From NCBI GenBank assembly GCA_965205015.1, contig OZ242029.1, positions 32,001-96,000 of the forward strand: DNA of 64,000 bases. Direction: 5' to 3'. The notes below the pieces were generated by a model. The model was not told the origin of the DNA. It saw only the letters and a list, made by a program, of their open reading frames with translations, and did not search any database. This document shows, piece by piece, positions 40,559 through 49,530 of the stretch. The position numbers were made by a program, and so were the translations under genes. How positions within the stretch are numbered: position 1 is the first letter of the stretch; each line of letters opens with the position of its first letter. This DNA is from Candidatus Poribacteria bacterium. GTDB lineage: Bacteria; Poribacteria; WGA-4E; WGA-3G.

Positions 40559-43500
40559 GCGAGAGAAACTACTTAGGGACTTGCAAGACTTCGCCACGCT
40601 AGGAAATGGAGTCATTATAGGAAGTCCAGGCGTTGGGAAAACGTACCTACTAAAAGAACTCTATCGGAGTTTAGACTCTCTTGAAATACCGGAATTCATA
40701 CTTCCTATTGATCAACTTGGAGATGGGACTGACAAAACTTTACGCGAAGAGTTGTCTTACGAGGGTGATCTGATTGAAAGGTTGAAATCCGTCCCTGTTT
40801 CAGACAAGAAAGCAATATTACTTTTTGATGCCTTTGATGCTGCCCGAGATGAACAGACGCGTAAACGTTTTCTGGACCTCATTCGCAGTGCAATTTTTGA
40901 ACTCCACGAGTCGTGGAATATCATCGTTACAGTCCGAACATACGACGCGAAAAAATCGCAGGAACTCTTAGACCTATTCGGCAATCCCAATGAAGCAGAT
41001 CTAACCAAATACAAAAGTAAAGACATACTATGCCGACATTTTACAATTCCCCCTTTTGATGAGCATGAGATTCTACAGGCATTTGATCAAATCGGGTGCC
41101 CGAAATCCATATACGAGGACGAGGAGGTCTCTCAGGACTTTAAGAACATCCTTGCAAACCCTTTCAATCTTTGGCTATTAGAAAAGATTCTAAAGAGCTC
41201 AGACGGGATTCCCGATTTTAGTCAGATTCATTCTGAAGTCCAGTTACTCGGTCTGTTTTGGCAACGACGGATTGAGAACGAAAACAGTGAGCACCTTCTG
41301 AGGCAAATCTCAGATAAGATGGTTCAAGAACGCTCATTGAGTGTCAGGGTAGATGACGTTTATGACGATGTAGACCTCGATAAACCAATGAGAAAAAACG
41401 CTTGGGATAAACTCCAGAGTGATGAAATCCTATCAAAGGTCTCTTCGTCTGGACAACGGATCGCTTTTTCTCATAATATCCTTTTTGACTATGCAATTAG
41501 CATTCTGCTCATTGATGATGAATCTCAACACCTTGAAGATTTTATTCTTGAGGATGAGTCACGTCCACTTTTTCTGCGCCCGAGTCTTACCTACTTTTTC
41601 ACTCGACTCTGGTACTATGATGACTCCACAAATTTTTGGCGCGCCTTCTGGCATATTTTGCAAAGAGATCAATTTATATCTTTGCGTCTCGTCGCGCGCT
41701 TGATTCCGACAAGCGTTATCGCAAATGAAGCCCGCGGAATTGAGCAATTGGAACCACTCTTGAAGAAACTACAGAACAGAGAAAAAATCGCAAACGAGGC
41801 AATAACACGGCTTCTGCAGGCACTCCAAACTCTACAAATTAAGCGGGACGCGCTCTGGATTGATTTTTTCGACCAAATCTCAGCGCACTTGCATAGTGAT
41901 TTTGCTTGGGATTTGGCAAATCTCACTTCAGATATCCTTGAGCGAGCACCAAAGACTGAAACACCTATCATAGACCCTTGTGGACAGATTGGACGGCGAC
42001 TGTTGAAGTGGGTATGGCAGGAAAGAGAAACGGGCGAAAACAATTGGTATGATCGCTTTGGGGGGCGTTGGGCGGTGCCGCTTGTTGCCAAAACCTACGG
42101 CACCAATGTCGATGAATCTCGAACACTTCTCAAAAAGGTTCTTGAACTGACAAAGGAAGAAAATTTTCCGATAGGCTTTCTGTCATGGTTAACCGAACAT
42201 GTTACTAAGATTTGGGACCATGATCCTAAATTTGTTATCTCAATCTATTACACTGTTTTTTCACACCAATTCACTGGCGATGGAGAAACAATACGAGGTG
42301 GAGCTGTCTTACCAATAACAACTTATCGCAGACAAGATTTTGAGATGTGTCAGTATCGATTGGTAAAGCATTTCTCCAATTTTCTTCGAGCAGCACCATT
42401 ACACGCAGCGAAAGCGGTGATCCGAAGTTTAAACGTCTTTATTGTTAGAGAACATAGCGTCAGGACAGAAGACATAAAGATGTTCAATTTTCGTGGAAAA
42501 TCTACTTGTTTTGTGCAAGATCATAGTTATATCTGGGATGAACAACAGTACACCGACGAGCCGATTGAAATGGCGGACGCTCTGTTTGAATACATCGGAG
42601 AATTGGCGATGTCGGAAGATCCGCGTCTTGATTCACTACTTGATGTTTTCTACGATGAGGTGGTAGTTGCTTTCTTTTGGAAACGGCTTTTGAAGACAGG
42701 GTCCCAGTTTCCAAAGGTCTTCGCTCCCCGTCTTTTTGAATTGTGCATTGCAGAGCCGATACAGAGGCATTCCGAAGCCTTTTATGAACTTTGCCTGTTT
42801 TTAAAAGCCGCTGCGTCTGATTTCACACCGAATAAACTTCTTCAGATTGAAAAGAGCATTTTGGCACTCCCAAGCGAAGCGAGAGACAAAAATCATCGTA
42901 ACGTTCTTGAAGAGGATAGAAATCGGCTTCTTGCCCAAATCCCGGTGGATTTGTTATGTACTGACGAAGCAAAGAGAATTCGAGAAGAAATGGAGCGTAA
43001 AAACGATGTTTCGGAGAATCGACCACCGGTTCGTTTTAGCACCTCGTGGGGACCCGTTACTGAGGAGAAGTGGCTTCAAACACAAGGTGTTGACACGACT
43101 ATACCTGAAAATCAAGAGTTACAACGCTTGTCCAGCCCTCTCAATAAATTCAGTTCAGATTGGCTAAATGATGCCCCAACTCAAGAAGCTATTAGGTTAA
43201 TTTTACCGAAGTTACAGGAGGCGTACACTAAACTAAAAAGCAACACAGAAGCCAATCAGGAAGCAATCAATCTACTGTGGCATAATCTAACCGATTGTGT
43301 AGCAATTCTCGGCCGAATTGCTAATAACCTTGAAAGTAATTCTTTCGCCTTTTGCCGACAAGTTCTCCTAGAGGCTTCAAAACATGAACAGCCTCAGCCG
43401 GACCCTAAATACGATGACGAATTTGATCATCCGGGTTATTCCTCATTTCCACGGCATGAAGCCGCCCGTGGATTACTGAGACTTGCGTTTCATCAACCTG

Positions 43501-44585
43501 ACCCAGAAATATTAGAGGCAATTGAAATACTGGCGAGTGACCCTGTACCATCTGTTAGGATGGTAACGGCGATGGAATTAACTAATGTTTATGTCAAATC
43601 TCCAGAAAGGTTCTGGCACATCATGGACAATAGGGCAATCCATGAACGGAATCGCATCGTGCAAAAATATCTCTACCATACATTAACTCGGGTGGTTGCA
43701 AAGGAAAAAGAGAATGAAGACAAGACAACTCGCGTCATGGCGAAACTATTGGAGCATACACCTCCACCTACAGAAGGATTAGAACCGTCAGATTCATTCA
43801 TCGTTTTGTTAATGTGGCTGATAATTGATCGCCAAAATCCATGGGCATTGAAAACAATCGAAGATACATTTTTCACGGATCCCATCCGGTTTGCTAACCC
43901 TCTGAGTCGTGCAGTGTCTGAGATCGTGAGAGATTACGTCCTCCCTAAACATCTTGAAACAGATATAGGACGCGAAAGAGCAAAACGAGCTATTGGATGG
44001 TTAGGGCAAGTGATCGATATAATTGCTGATAGGGTTATGGAATTGTATGGTATCGCCAAAGAACATGAGACTGAAGAAGGAGTGAAAGAGTTACACAACA
44101 CCTACAAAGCAATTGATGAGGTGATAACACGTCTTTACTTTGCAGTTGCCTACAAAAGAGATCAATCTGAGGAACCTGTTGAGGAAATCTCCAACGAGTT
44201 ACGCTGTGATTTCTATAATGAAGTCAAACCTTTGATGCAACAGGTCATTACTTTTGCACAAAAACCAGAAAGCGGTATTATGTTTGCACCGACAGCACAC
44301 TATTTCATGCAACTTCTAACGAGTTTTCTCAGTTGCGATCCCAAAGGTATTTTACGCTTAGCCTCAAGGGTTGCGAAGTCAAGTGAACGGTTCGGTTATA
44401 CGCTTGATTCCATCGCGGTTCGGGATGTTGTCGAATTTGTTGAAATTGTCCTCGCTGACTACCGAGATGAGGTGCGTGATGGTGAAGCATTGGAGGACCT
44501 GCTAAATCTCTTGGATATGTTTGCCAAAATAGGATGGACGGATGCCCTTAAACTTGTTTGGCGGCTTGATGAGGTTTTTCGGTAG
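40548..44585 (+). CDS. STAND/NACHT-like P-loop NTPase with a long helical-repeat C-terminus (Avs-like sensor)
   Basis: GSPGVGKT at the very N-terminus, LLFDAFD Walker B, IIVTVR sensor-1, ANPFNL, FSHNILFDY. Confidence 0.85.
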   Translation: MKIKREKLLRDLQDFATLGNGVIIGSPGVGKTYLLKELYRSLDSLEIPEFILPIDQLGDGTDKTLREELSYEGDLIERLKSVPVSDKKAILLFDAFDAARDEQTRKRFLDLIRSAIFELHESWNIIVTVRTYDAKKSQELLDLFGNPNEADLTKYKSKDILCRHFTIPPFDEHEILQAFDQIGCPKSIYEDEEVSQDFKNILANPFNLWLLEKILKSSDGIPDFSQIHSEVQLLGLFWQRRIENENSEHLLRQISDKMVQERSLSVRVDDVYDDVDLDKPMRKNAWDKLQSDEILSKVSSSGQRIAFSHNILFDYAISILLIDDESQHLEDFILEDESRPLFLRPSLTYFFTRLWYYDDSTNFWRAFWHILQRDQFISLRLVARLIPTSVIANEARGIEQLEPLLKKLQNREKIANEAITRLLQALQTLQIKRDALWIDFFDQISAHLHSDFAWDLANLTSDILERAPKTETPIIDPCGQIGRRLLKWVWQERETGENNWYDRFGGRWAVPLVAKTYGTNVDESRTLLKKVLELTKEENFPIGFLSWLTEHVTKIWDHDPKFVISIYYTVFSHQFTGDGETIRGGAVLPITTYRRQDFEMCQYRLVKHFSNFLRAAPLHAAKAVIRSLNVFIVREHSVRTEDIKMFNFRGKSTCFVQDHSYIWDEQQYTDEPIEMADALFEYIGELAMSEDPRLDSLLDVFYDEVVVAFFWKRLLKTGSQFPKVFAPRLFELCIAEPIQRHSEAFYELCLFLKAAASDFTPNKLLQIEKSILALPSEARDKNHRNVLEEDRNRLLAQIPVDLLCTDEAKRIREEMERKNDVSENRPPVRFSTSWGPVTEEKWLQTQGVDTTIPENQELQRLSSPLNKFSSDWLNDAPTQEAIRLILPKLQEAYTKLKSNTEANQEAINLLWHNLTDCVAILGRIANNLESNSFAFCRQVLLEASKHEQPQPDPKYDDEFDHPGYSSFPRHEAARGLLRLAFHQPDPEILEAIEILASDPVPSVRMVTAMELTNVYVKSPERFWHIMDNRAIHERNRIVQKYLYHTLTRVVAKEKENEDKTTRVMAKLLEHTPPPTEGLEPSDSFIVLLMWLIIDRQNPWALKTIEDTFFTDPIRFANPLSRAVSEIVRDYVLPKHLETDIGRERAKRAIGWLGQVIDIIADRVMELYGIAKEHETEEGVKELHNTYKAIDEVITRLYFAVAYKRDQSEEPVEEISNELRCDFYNEVKPLMQQVITFAQKPESGIMFAPTAHYFMQLLTSFLSCDPKGILRLASRVAKSSERFGYTLDSIAVRDVVEFVEIVLADYRDEVRDGEALEDLLNLLDMFAKIGWTDALKLVWRLDEVFR

Positions 44586-44808
44586 TTTTTTTATGAAGCA
44601 CGCGTTCGATAAAGTCTGCACATTTCGCTCCGCTGGGGCTTAGGGTTCGGGGATGTTGCATTTTCTATAGACATTGAAGAAACACCCAAGCAAAAACCCC
44701 CACTGGGGCTTTAAGGCAGTGGTAGGTTCCGTGTTCTATACATATTTCTTCCTGTTAGGGCTTAGGTATTTATACTCGGACATTTATGAAGGAAATTCCA
44801 ATTAAGGC

Positions 44809-44928
44809 AGGACTTACGCAAATTTGTATTCTGCGACCAAATTAATTGTTCAGAACCCAAGAATGCGCAATGAATTGCGCTACTACAAACCAGAGATGAC
44901 ACGAAAATGAGCAAGCTGCGTAAGTCCT
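44809..44928. mobile_element. MITE-like element, same TIR family as 38313-38459
   Basis: AGGACTTACGCA...TGCGTAAGTCCT. Its internal attgcgctactac is the reverse complement of gtagtagcgcaat in the first copy. Confidence 0.7.
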
Positions 44929-44930
44929 AT

Positions 44931-45733
44931 AAGGAAAATCCAATGAATTTCCTAATAGTACTTTCCATCTTTTGGGTGAGCGTGCTTGTCAAATTTTCCA
45001 GATATCCATAAGTCCAGACAGCACGTTAATACCACTTGATACCAACAAGCACGGGTAATGAGACGTGTTTGTTAAAACGCAACCATTTCTAAAACACAAC
45101 TCATTGTTTGGGCAGGCTTCGCGCCTGCCCAATTTCTTTGCAGTTAAGTAACCCTCACGGTGTTTGTTTCAGACTCGCCCAAGTGCCGACTCGCTTGCGT
45201 TTGACCGCACTCGGTGCCGACGGAGCCGGTTGCTCGTAGAACCCGGGAGACCCCATGTCTTCCCGATGTCCATAGTAATAAACCTCCGGGGGCGACTCGC
45301 TCGGGACCACCTGATGCGAGACCCGCGCCTGGTTCTGATGGAGCGGTGCCACCGGATCCCCTAACGCACCAAAAGCTGCCCTACCGAGACGGTGAATCTC
45401 TGCGCCATCGGCATCCGTCAACACCCACCCGCGTTTGAGGACGTTGTCTATGTTCAAGTTGTAGACCTGTGTTGCTTCTATCCCGGAAAATCGCCATGCC
45501 GAAACTGTTCCGGTTGATAGGATCGCGACACCACCCCCTGCTATGCTGAACCCGTCCTGTGTTCCAGCGAGCGTCAGTGTGTGGACTTTATGGGGGGCGT
45601 TGGCTGACCGTCGGGTGGCGTATTGGAACGTCCAACCTTTGAGGTTAACTGCCTCGGTGTTGGGGTTATACACCTCAATCCACTGTGGTAATCCACTACT
45701 CCCAGCAGACCAATCTCTGACCATATACTCTGT
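44931..45733. repeat. Direct repeat A, copy 2
   Basis: Near-identical to 35965-36767. Confidence 0.95.
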
Positions 45734-46585
45734 CACACGTATCGGTTGCATCAGTGGAGCACTCGGTCGCCTTTCTTGCGGCGCGATGCCTGCCGCAATA
45801 GGTCCCACGGGTTGAGGACTGGATGTCCCTGCGGGGGTTCCACCCGTCACTACCGTTGTGGGTTGAGTAACCGTCGGTTGATTCACAGGTTGCTGATTCA
45901 CAGGTTGCTGATTCACAGGTTGCTGATTCACAGGTTGCTGATTGGCAGGGCGTTGAATCCCTCCCAAAGGTGCATTCACTTGAGGTGAGGACTGCAGAAT
46001 CAGCCCAGCGCTTTGAACCACAGTGCCTTCAACCATTCGTGTGCCTACATTCGAGTGGTCGTTATCCAAATAGTGAGGATTCGGGTGCGGATGTGGATTA
46101 GTTATCGAAGAGTGTTTGTGTCCCACGCGATGCGTGTGCGATGCATAGTCATCATGCCGGTGGGCAGTAAAGGTATGCCAATGCCACTCGTTGGTATTCT
46201 CTACGGGATCAGGAGTAGGATCCGGATCTGGAGCCGCTTCATATCCAGTGGCACTGGTATCATGAGAATTAGCGTGTGCATTGGCAAATCCATCTTTCAG
46301 ATGCGGGTGATTAATAGTCTTACCTGTGCCCGCCGGTGCTCTTGCCGGTGTAGTGGTAAGTCCTGGAACAGCAGTGTTGTGATGAATCTCCGGATGACCT
46401 GGATCTGTCAGCTCCCCGCTTTCCCAGTCGACGACATTTCTATGATAATGCCACCCTGAACCGTGTTCATGATAAAGATCACCATCGTAAGTAGGACTAC
46501 TCACATCGTGTGCGTAGACAGATGAAATAGCCGTCAATACGCAAAAAACGGATAAGACGCTAAAAGTCAGTATTTTTGAAAACAT
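45155..46585 (-). CDS. Secreted His-rich protein with NQQPV repeats, lamin-tail-like domain and TWASLK motif (paralog 2)
   Basis: Signal peptide ...VYA-H; very His-rich N-terminus; the C-terminal ~190 aa are almost identical to paralog 1. Confidence 0.85.
   Translation of the reverse strand: MFSKILTFSVLSVFCVLTAISSVYAHDVSSPTYDGDLYHEHGSGWHYHRNVVDWESGELTDPGHPEIHHNTAVPGLTTTPARAPAGTGKTINHPHLKDGFANAHANSHDTSATGYEAAPDPDPTPDPVENTNEWHWHTFTAHRHDDYASHTHRVGHKHSSITNPHPHPNPHYLDNDHSNVGTRMVEGTVVQSAGLILQSSPQVNAPLGGIQRPANQQPVNQQPVNQQPVNQQPVNQPTVTQPTTVVTGGTPAGTSSPQPVGPIAAGIAPQERRPSAPLMQPIRVTEYMVRDWSAGSSGLPQWIEVYNPNTEAVNLKGWTFQYATRRSANAPHKVHTLTLAGTQDGFSIAGGGVAILSTGTVSAWRFSGIEATQVYNLNIDNVLKRGWVLTDADGAEIHRLGRAAFGALGDPVAPLHQNQARVSHQVVPSESPPEVYYYGHREDMGSPGFYEQPAPSAPSAVKRKRVGTWASLKQTP
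45876..45943. repeat. 15-bp tandem repeat (NQQPV), ~4.5 copies
   Basis: Unit ggttgctgattcaca. Confidence 0.9.
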
Positions 46586-46653
46586 TTTTCAAATCTCCTT
46601 TTTAATTTACTTTAGAAGCACAACCTAACAGGTGCTGCGACAAGGGACCTCTT

Positions 46654-46706
46654 AACAAAAATAGCCCGCAACGCGGCAAGCGTGTGGAAACGCAGCGCGG
46701 GCGGGC
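46654..46706 (-). terminator. Leader hairpin plus U-rich tract (attenuator candidate), cassette 2
   Basis: GCCCGC/GCGGGC outer stem, CGCG and GCGT/ACGC inner stems, then TATTTTTGTT. Confidence 0.6.
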
Positions 46707-46766
46707 GCGAAAAAACCGCGACAGCAGCGAAGCTGCGGACGCAGTTTATGAGATAGATATGTAAAA

Positions 46767-46901
46767 TTACTTCACGGGGGTTAAGAGGGGGGGGGTACTC
46801 GTACCTTGACTAACCACACACCAGCCGGATACCGGGACCCAGCACGGAGGCACGTTTGCTGTGGATATGGTCAGAAGAAGGGGGTCTCTATAAGCCTTCA
46901 T
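46767..46901 (-). CDS. Leader uORF-B (44 aa) crossing a C9 tract
   Basis: MKAYRDP...GTSTPPLLTPVK*; the ATG overlaps the end of uORF-A; G9 at 46787-46795 on +. Confidence 0.45.
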   Translation of the reverse strand: MKAYRDPLLLTISTANVPPCWVPVSGWCVVSQGTSTPPLLTPVK

Positions 46902-47043
46902 ACGCGTTAGTCGGGATGTCCTGAATTTGTAGATTTAAGTTATCATAAACCCAAGTTGCCAGTGAGTCGGCAGTTGTAAATCCATGAAATATCTCAATGG
47001 TTTCTCTTTTAGCGTTGTGTCGGTTGCGAAAATCGCAACTCAA
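46888..47043 (-). CDS. Leader uORF-A (51 aa, TTG start)
   Basis: AAAGAGG RBS; (M)SCDFRNRHNAKRETIEIFHGFTTADSL...AYEGL*. Confidence 0.4.
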   Translation of the reverse strand: MSCDFRNRHNAKRETIEIFHGFTTADSLATWVYDNLNLQIQDIPTNAYEGL

Positions 47044-47330
47044 ACGTATCCTCTTTCTAATGCTCTATAGTCACTTAGGTCACTTTTTACTTATTCATCA
47101 TATAAAATATAAATGGCATATGTAACTAAGGATTATACAAAATTGTCAGGTAAAAAGCAAATTATATTTACAAAAATTGCTAATTTTTCTTAAAAAGTGA
47201 ATAATATTTTAGAATTGTCGCTAATTTTTTCTGAGAAACACCTTTCCAAAATACCGTGGGGATCTTCAGCATTTACCAGAATTCACATCGAATTTAAAAT
47301 TTGACCCAAAATGAAATGCGTGATAGTATA
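46972..47330. repeat. Direct repeat B, copy 2
   Basis: Highly similar to 37951-38304. Confidence 0.92.
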
Positions 47331-47529
47331 TACTATTACTATAACGCAAGTTGCCCCCTATTTAGAGACATAGCACCCCTACGGGGTGCTATCGCTTAAA
47401 TACGCCATTTTCCATAGACATATCACCCCTAAATCAACGTCAGAATGCGCGTGCTGAAACTGCTACAGATTTCCGGGATTATCAAGAAATTCGATCTAAC
47501 TTAAAAAAAGAAGGAAAACTTCGACGGAC

Positions 47530-48711
47530 ATGAAAATAAAAGAAATTCAAGCCGAATTATCAACATTAGGATTAGATGGATGGCTCCTCTACGATTTCCG
47601 TGGGATAAACCCGATTGCACAGAACGTCGCAGGCTTAGCAGAGGCACATATCACACGCCGATGGTTCTGTCTCATCCCCACCCACGGTGAACCGCGATGG
47701 CTCGTCCATAAGATTGAGACATCTAACTTCACGGGTGTCCAAGGCACCGTCGCCCTTTACGCCGGTTGGGAAGAACTTAACCAAGCAATCCGCGCCCTAC
47801 TCACTGGCGTTAAAACCGTTGCGATGGAGTATTCACCAAACGCCGAAATCCCTTATATCTCACGGGTAGATGCCGGCACTTTGGAATGGATTCGCTCGAT
47901 CGGAGTCGAGGTGCACACATCCGCGGAACTCGCCCAACGGATGGAAGCACGCCTGAGCGAAGCACAAGCAACCGGACACCAGACGTCCGCACACTTGGTG
48001 CTACAGGCGAAAGACTATGCCTTCGCGTGGATCGGTTCACAATTGCGTGATGGGAAAACAATTACGGAATACGACGTGCAGCAGGTCATTCTCGGACAAT
48101 TCGATGAGATGGATTTAGTCACCGATCACCCCCCGATCGTCGCTGCGAACGCCAAGAGCAGCGATCCGCATTATGCCCCGACTTCAACAGACACCCAAGA
48201 GATTAAAACAGGCGACTTTATCCTCATCGATTTATGGGCAAAACAGAAAGATCCCGATGCAGTCTTTGCAGATACCACCTGGGTGGCGTATGCGGATAAA
48301 ACGGTTCCGGGGCGGTATGTTGAAATCTTCGATATTGTCAAGGAAGCGCGGGATAGAGCCGTGCGGTTCATCCGTGAGAAATGGGCTGTCGACGCACCGA
48401 TTCACGGCTACGAAGTCGACGACTGCGTCAGAGGGTATATCACAGAAAAAGGATACGGTGAGTTCTTCATCCACCGCACGGGACACAACATCGGCACGGT
48501 TATCCACGGAAACGGTGTGAATTTAGACAACTTAGAAACGCGCGATGGACGTGCGTTGATTTCTGGGATCTGCTTCTCAATTGAGCCGGGTATCTACCTT
48601 ACCGATTTCGGCGTTCGGACAGAAATTGACGTTTTCTTAGCCGGTCCAGGGAGAGACGGCGTAAAAGTGACAACCGCGCCCGTTCAAAATCGGGTATTGC
48701 CGTTGCTGTAA
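47530..48711 (+). CDS. M24 family metallopeptidase (Xaa-Pro peptidase-like)
   Basis: LIDLW...ADTTW...HRTGHNIG..IHG...SIEPGIY...VRTE. Confidence 0.92.
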   Translation: MKIKEIQAELSTLGLDGWLLYDFRGINPIAQNVAGLAEAHITRRWFCLIPTHGEPRWLVHKIETSNFTGVQGTVALYAGWEELNQAIRALLTGVKTVAMEYSPNAEIPYISRVDAGTLEWIRSIGVEVHTSAELAQRMEARLSEAQATGHQTSAHLVLQAKDYAFAWIGSQLRDGKTITEYDVQQVILGQFDEMDLVTDHPPIVAANAKSSDPHYAPTSTDTQEIKTGDFILIDLWAKQKDPDAVFADTTWVAYADKTVPGRYVEIFDIVKEARDRAVRFIREKWAVDAPIHGYEVDDCVRGYITEKGYGEFFIHRTGHNIGTVIHGNGVNLDNLETRDGRALISGICFSIEPGIYLTDFGVRTEIDVFLAGPGRDGVKVTTAPVQNRVLPLL

Positions 48712-49450
48712 CCTGATAATTCCGTTTTTTCAAATCAGTGAGAATGTGTGAAAGGTAGAGGCGTGCATTCAGGATCCATTGGTCGGCATACGCCGATGCG
48801 AGCAACGGAAGTGCCATTGTTAAACGTGGCGAGTCGAGGAGCCACTGTTCCGCGTACTCGGCATAGTCTGTATCAACAAGCCCAGTACTACCGATCGGAT
48901 AGATGACGTAGCGCTTATCGTCTCGCACTTCCAGTCTTGGATCGAGCGGCGTGTCAAGGTTCAGACGCTTGGTGCTGTCAATCTCGAGCACCCAAAAAAA
49001 ATAATCCTCATTGTGTCCCAAGTATCCGATCTCTACATCAAGCCGATGTCTATCTTCGGTCAGAATCGGGATTGCCTCCATATCGCGTTTAACTAAAACC
49101 GGATAGATCGCGGCGAAAAAGATCTGTTCAAATCCAAGCGGATGGTGCGCATGCCTCAGGATGTCTAAAAGAATTTGTGCATCTTCGGTGCGTTGCAATT
49201 CTAAACAACTTTTCGCGAAGACTTCATCACGGATGGATCGGAGGTCTGTGGGATCATTTGAATCCAGGGGTGAGAGTTCGCGTATCAGTTTGAGAATGTG
49301 TCGGCGTTTGGGCATAACTCGCCAAAGCATCCAATTCCATAAAGTCTGCCATGTCCCGCTTTCCCATAATTGATTGAGAAGGGCTCGCACGCTGAAAAAG
49401 AAGCGTTGGAATATGTTTTGAGATGGGAGACTTCGGTGTTCGTTCGCCAT
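48599..49450 (-). CDS. Hypothetical protein
   Basis: Likely start MANEHR at 49450, because the longer ORF overlaps the tRNA. The 3' end overlaps the M24 gene. Confidence 0.6.
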   Translation of the reverse strand: MANEHRSLPSQNIFQRFFFSVRALLNQLWESGTWQTLWNWMLWRVMPKRRHILKLIRELSPLDSNDPTDLRSIRDEVFAKSCLELQRTEDAQILLDILRHAHHPLGFEQIFFAAIYPVLVKRDMEAIPILTEDRHRLDVEIGYLGHNEDYFFWVLEIDSTKRLNLDTPLDPRLEVRDDKRYVIYPIGSTGLVDTDYAEYAEQWLLDSPRLTMALPLLASAYADQWILNARLYLSHILTDLKKRNYQVTATAIPDFERARLSLLRRLSLDRLRKRQFLSERRNR

Positions 49451-49476
49451 AATTCCTAAGACTGTTTGGCGTGAAT

Positions 49477-49505
49477 TTGACTTTCCGCCCAGAATATAGT
49501 ATAAT
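49477..49505 (+). promoter_or_regulatory. Sigma70 promoter of tRNA-Leu
   Basis: TTGACT-17 nt-TATAAT. Confidence 0.75.
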
Positions 49506-49530
49506 ATATGTGGTTTCCAATGATAGAATC

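Noticed and set aside
35965-47330. Diversity-generating retroelement (TR/VR pair)
   Set aside because: There is no reverse transcriptase in the window, both copies are coding, and the differences are mostly synonymous and not confined to adenines.
48599-48711. 113-nt convergent overlap between the hypothetical gene and the M24 peptidase
   Set aside because: Most simply a lost stop codon or run-on tail; there is no evidence of function.
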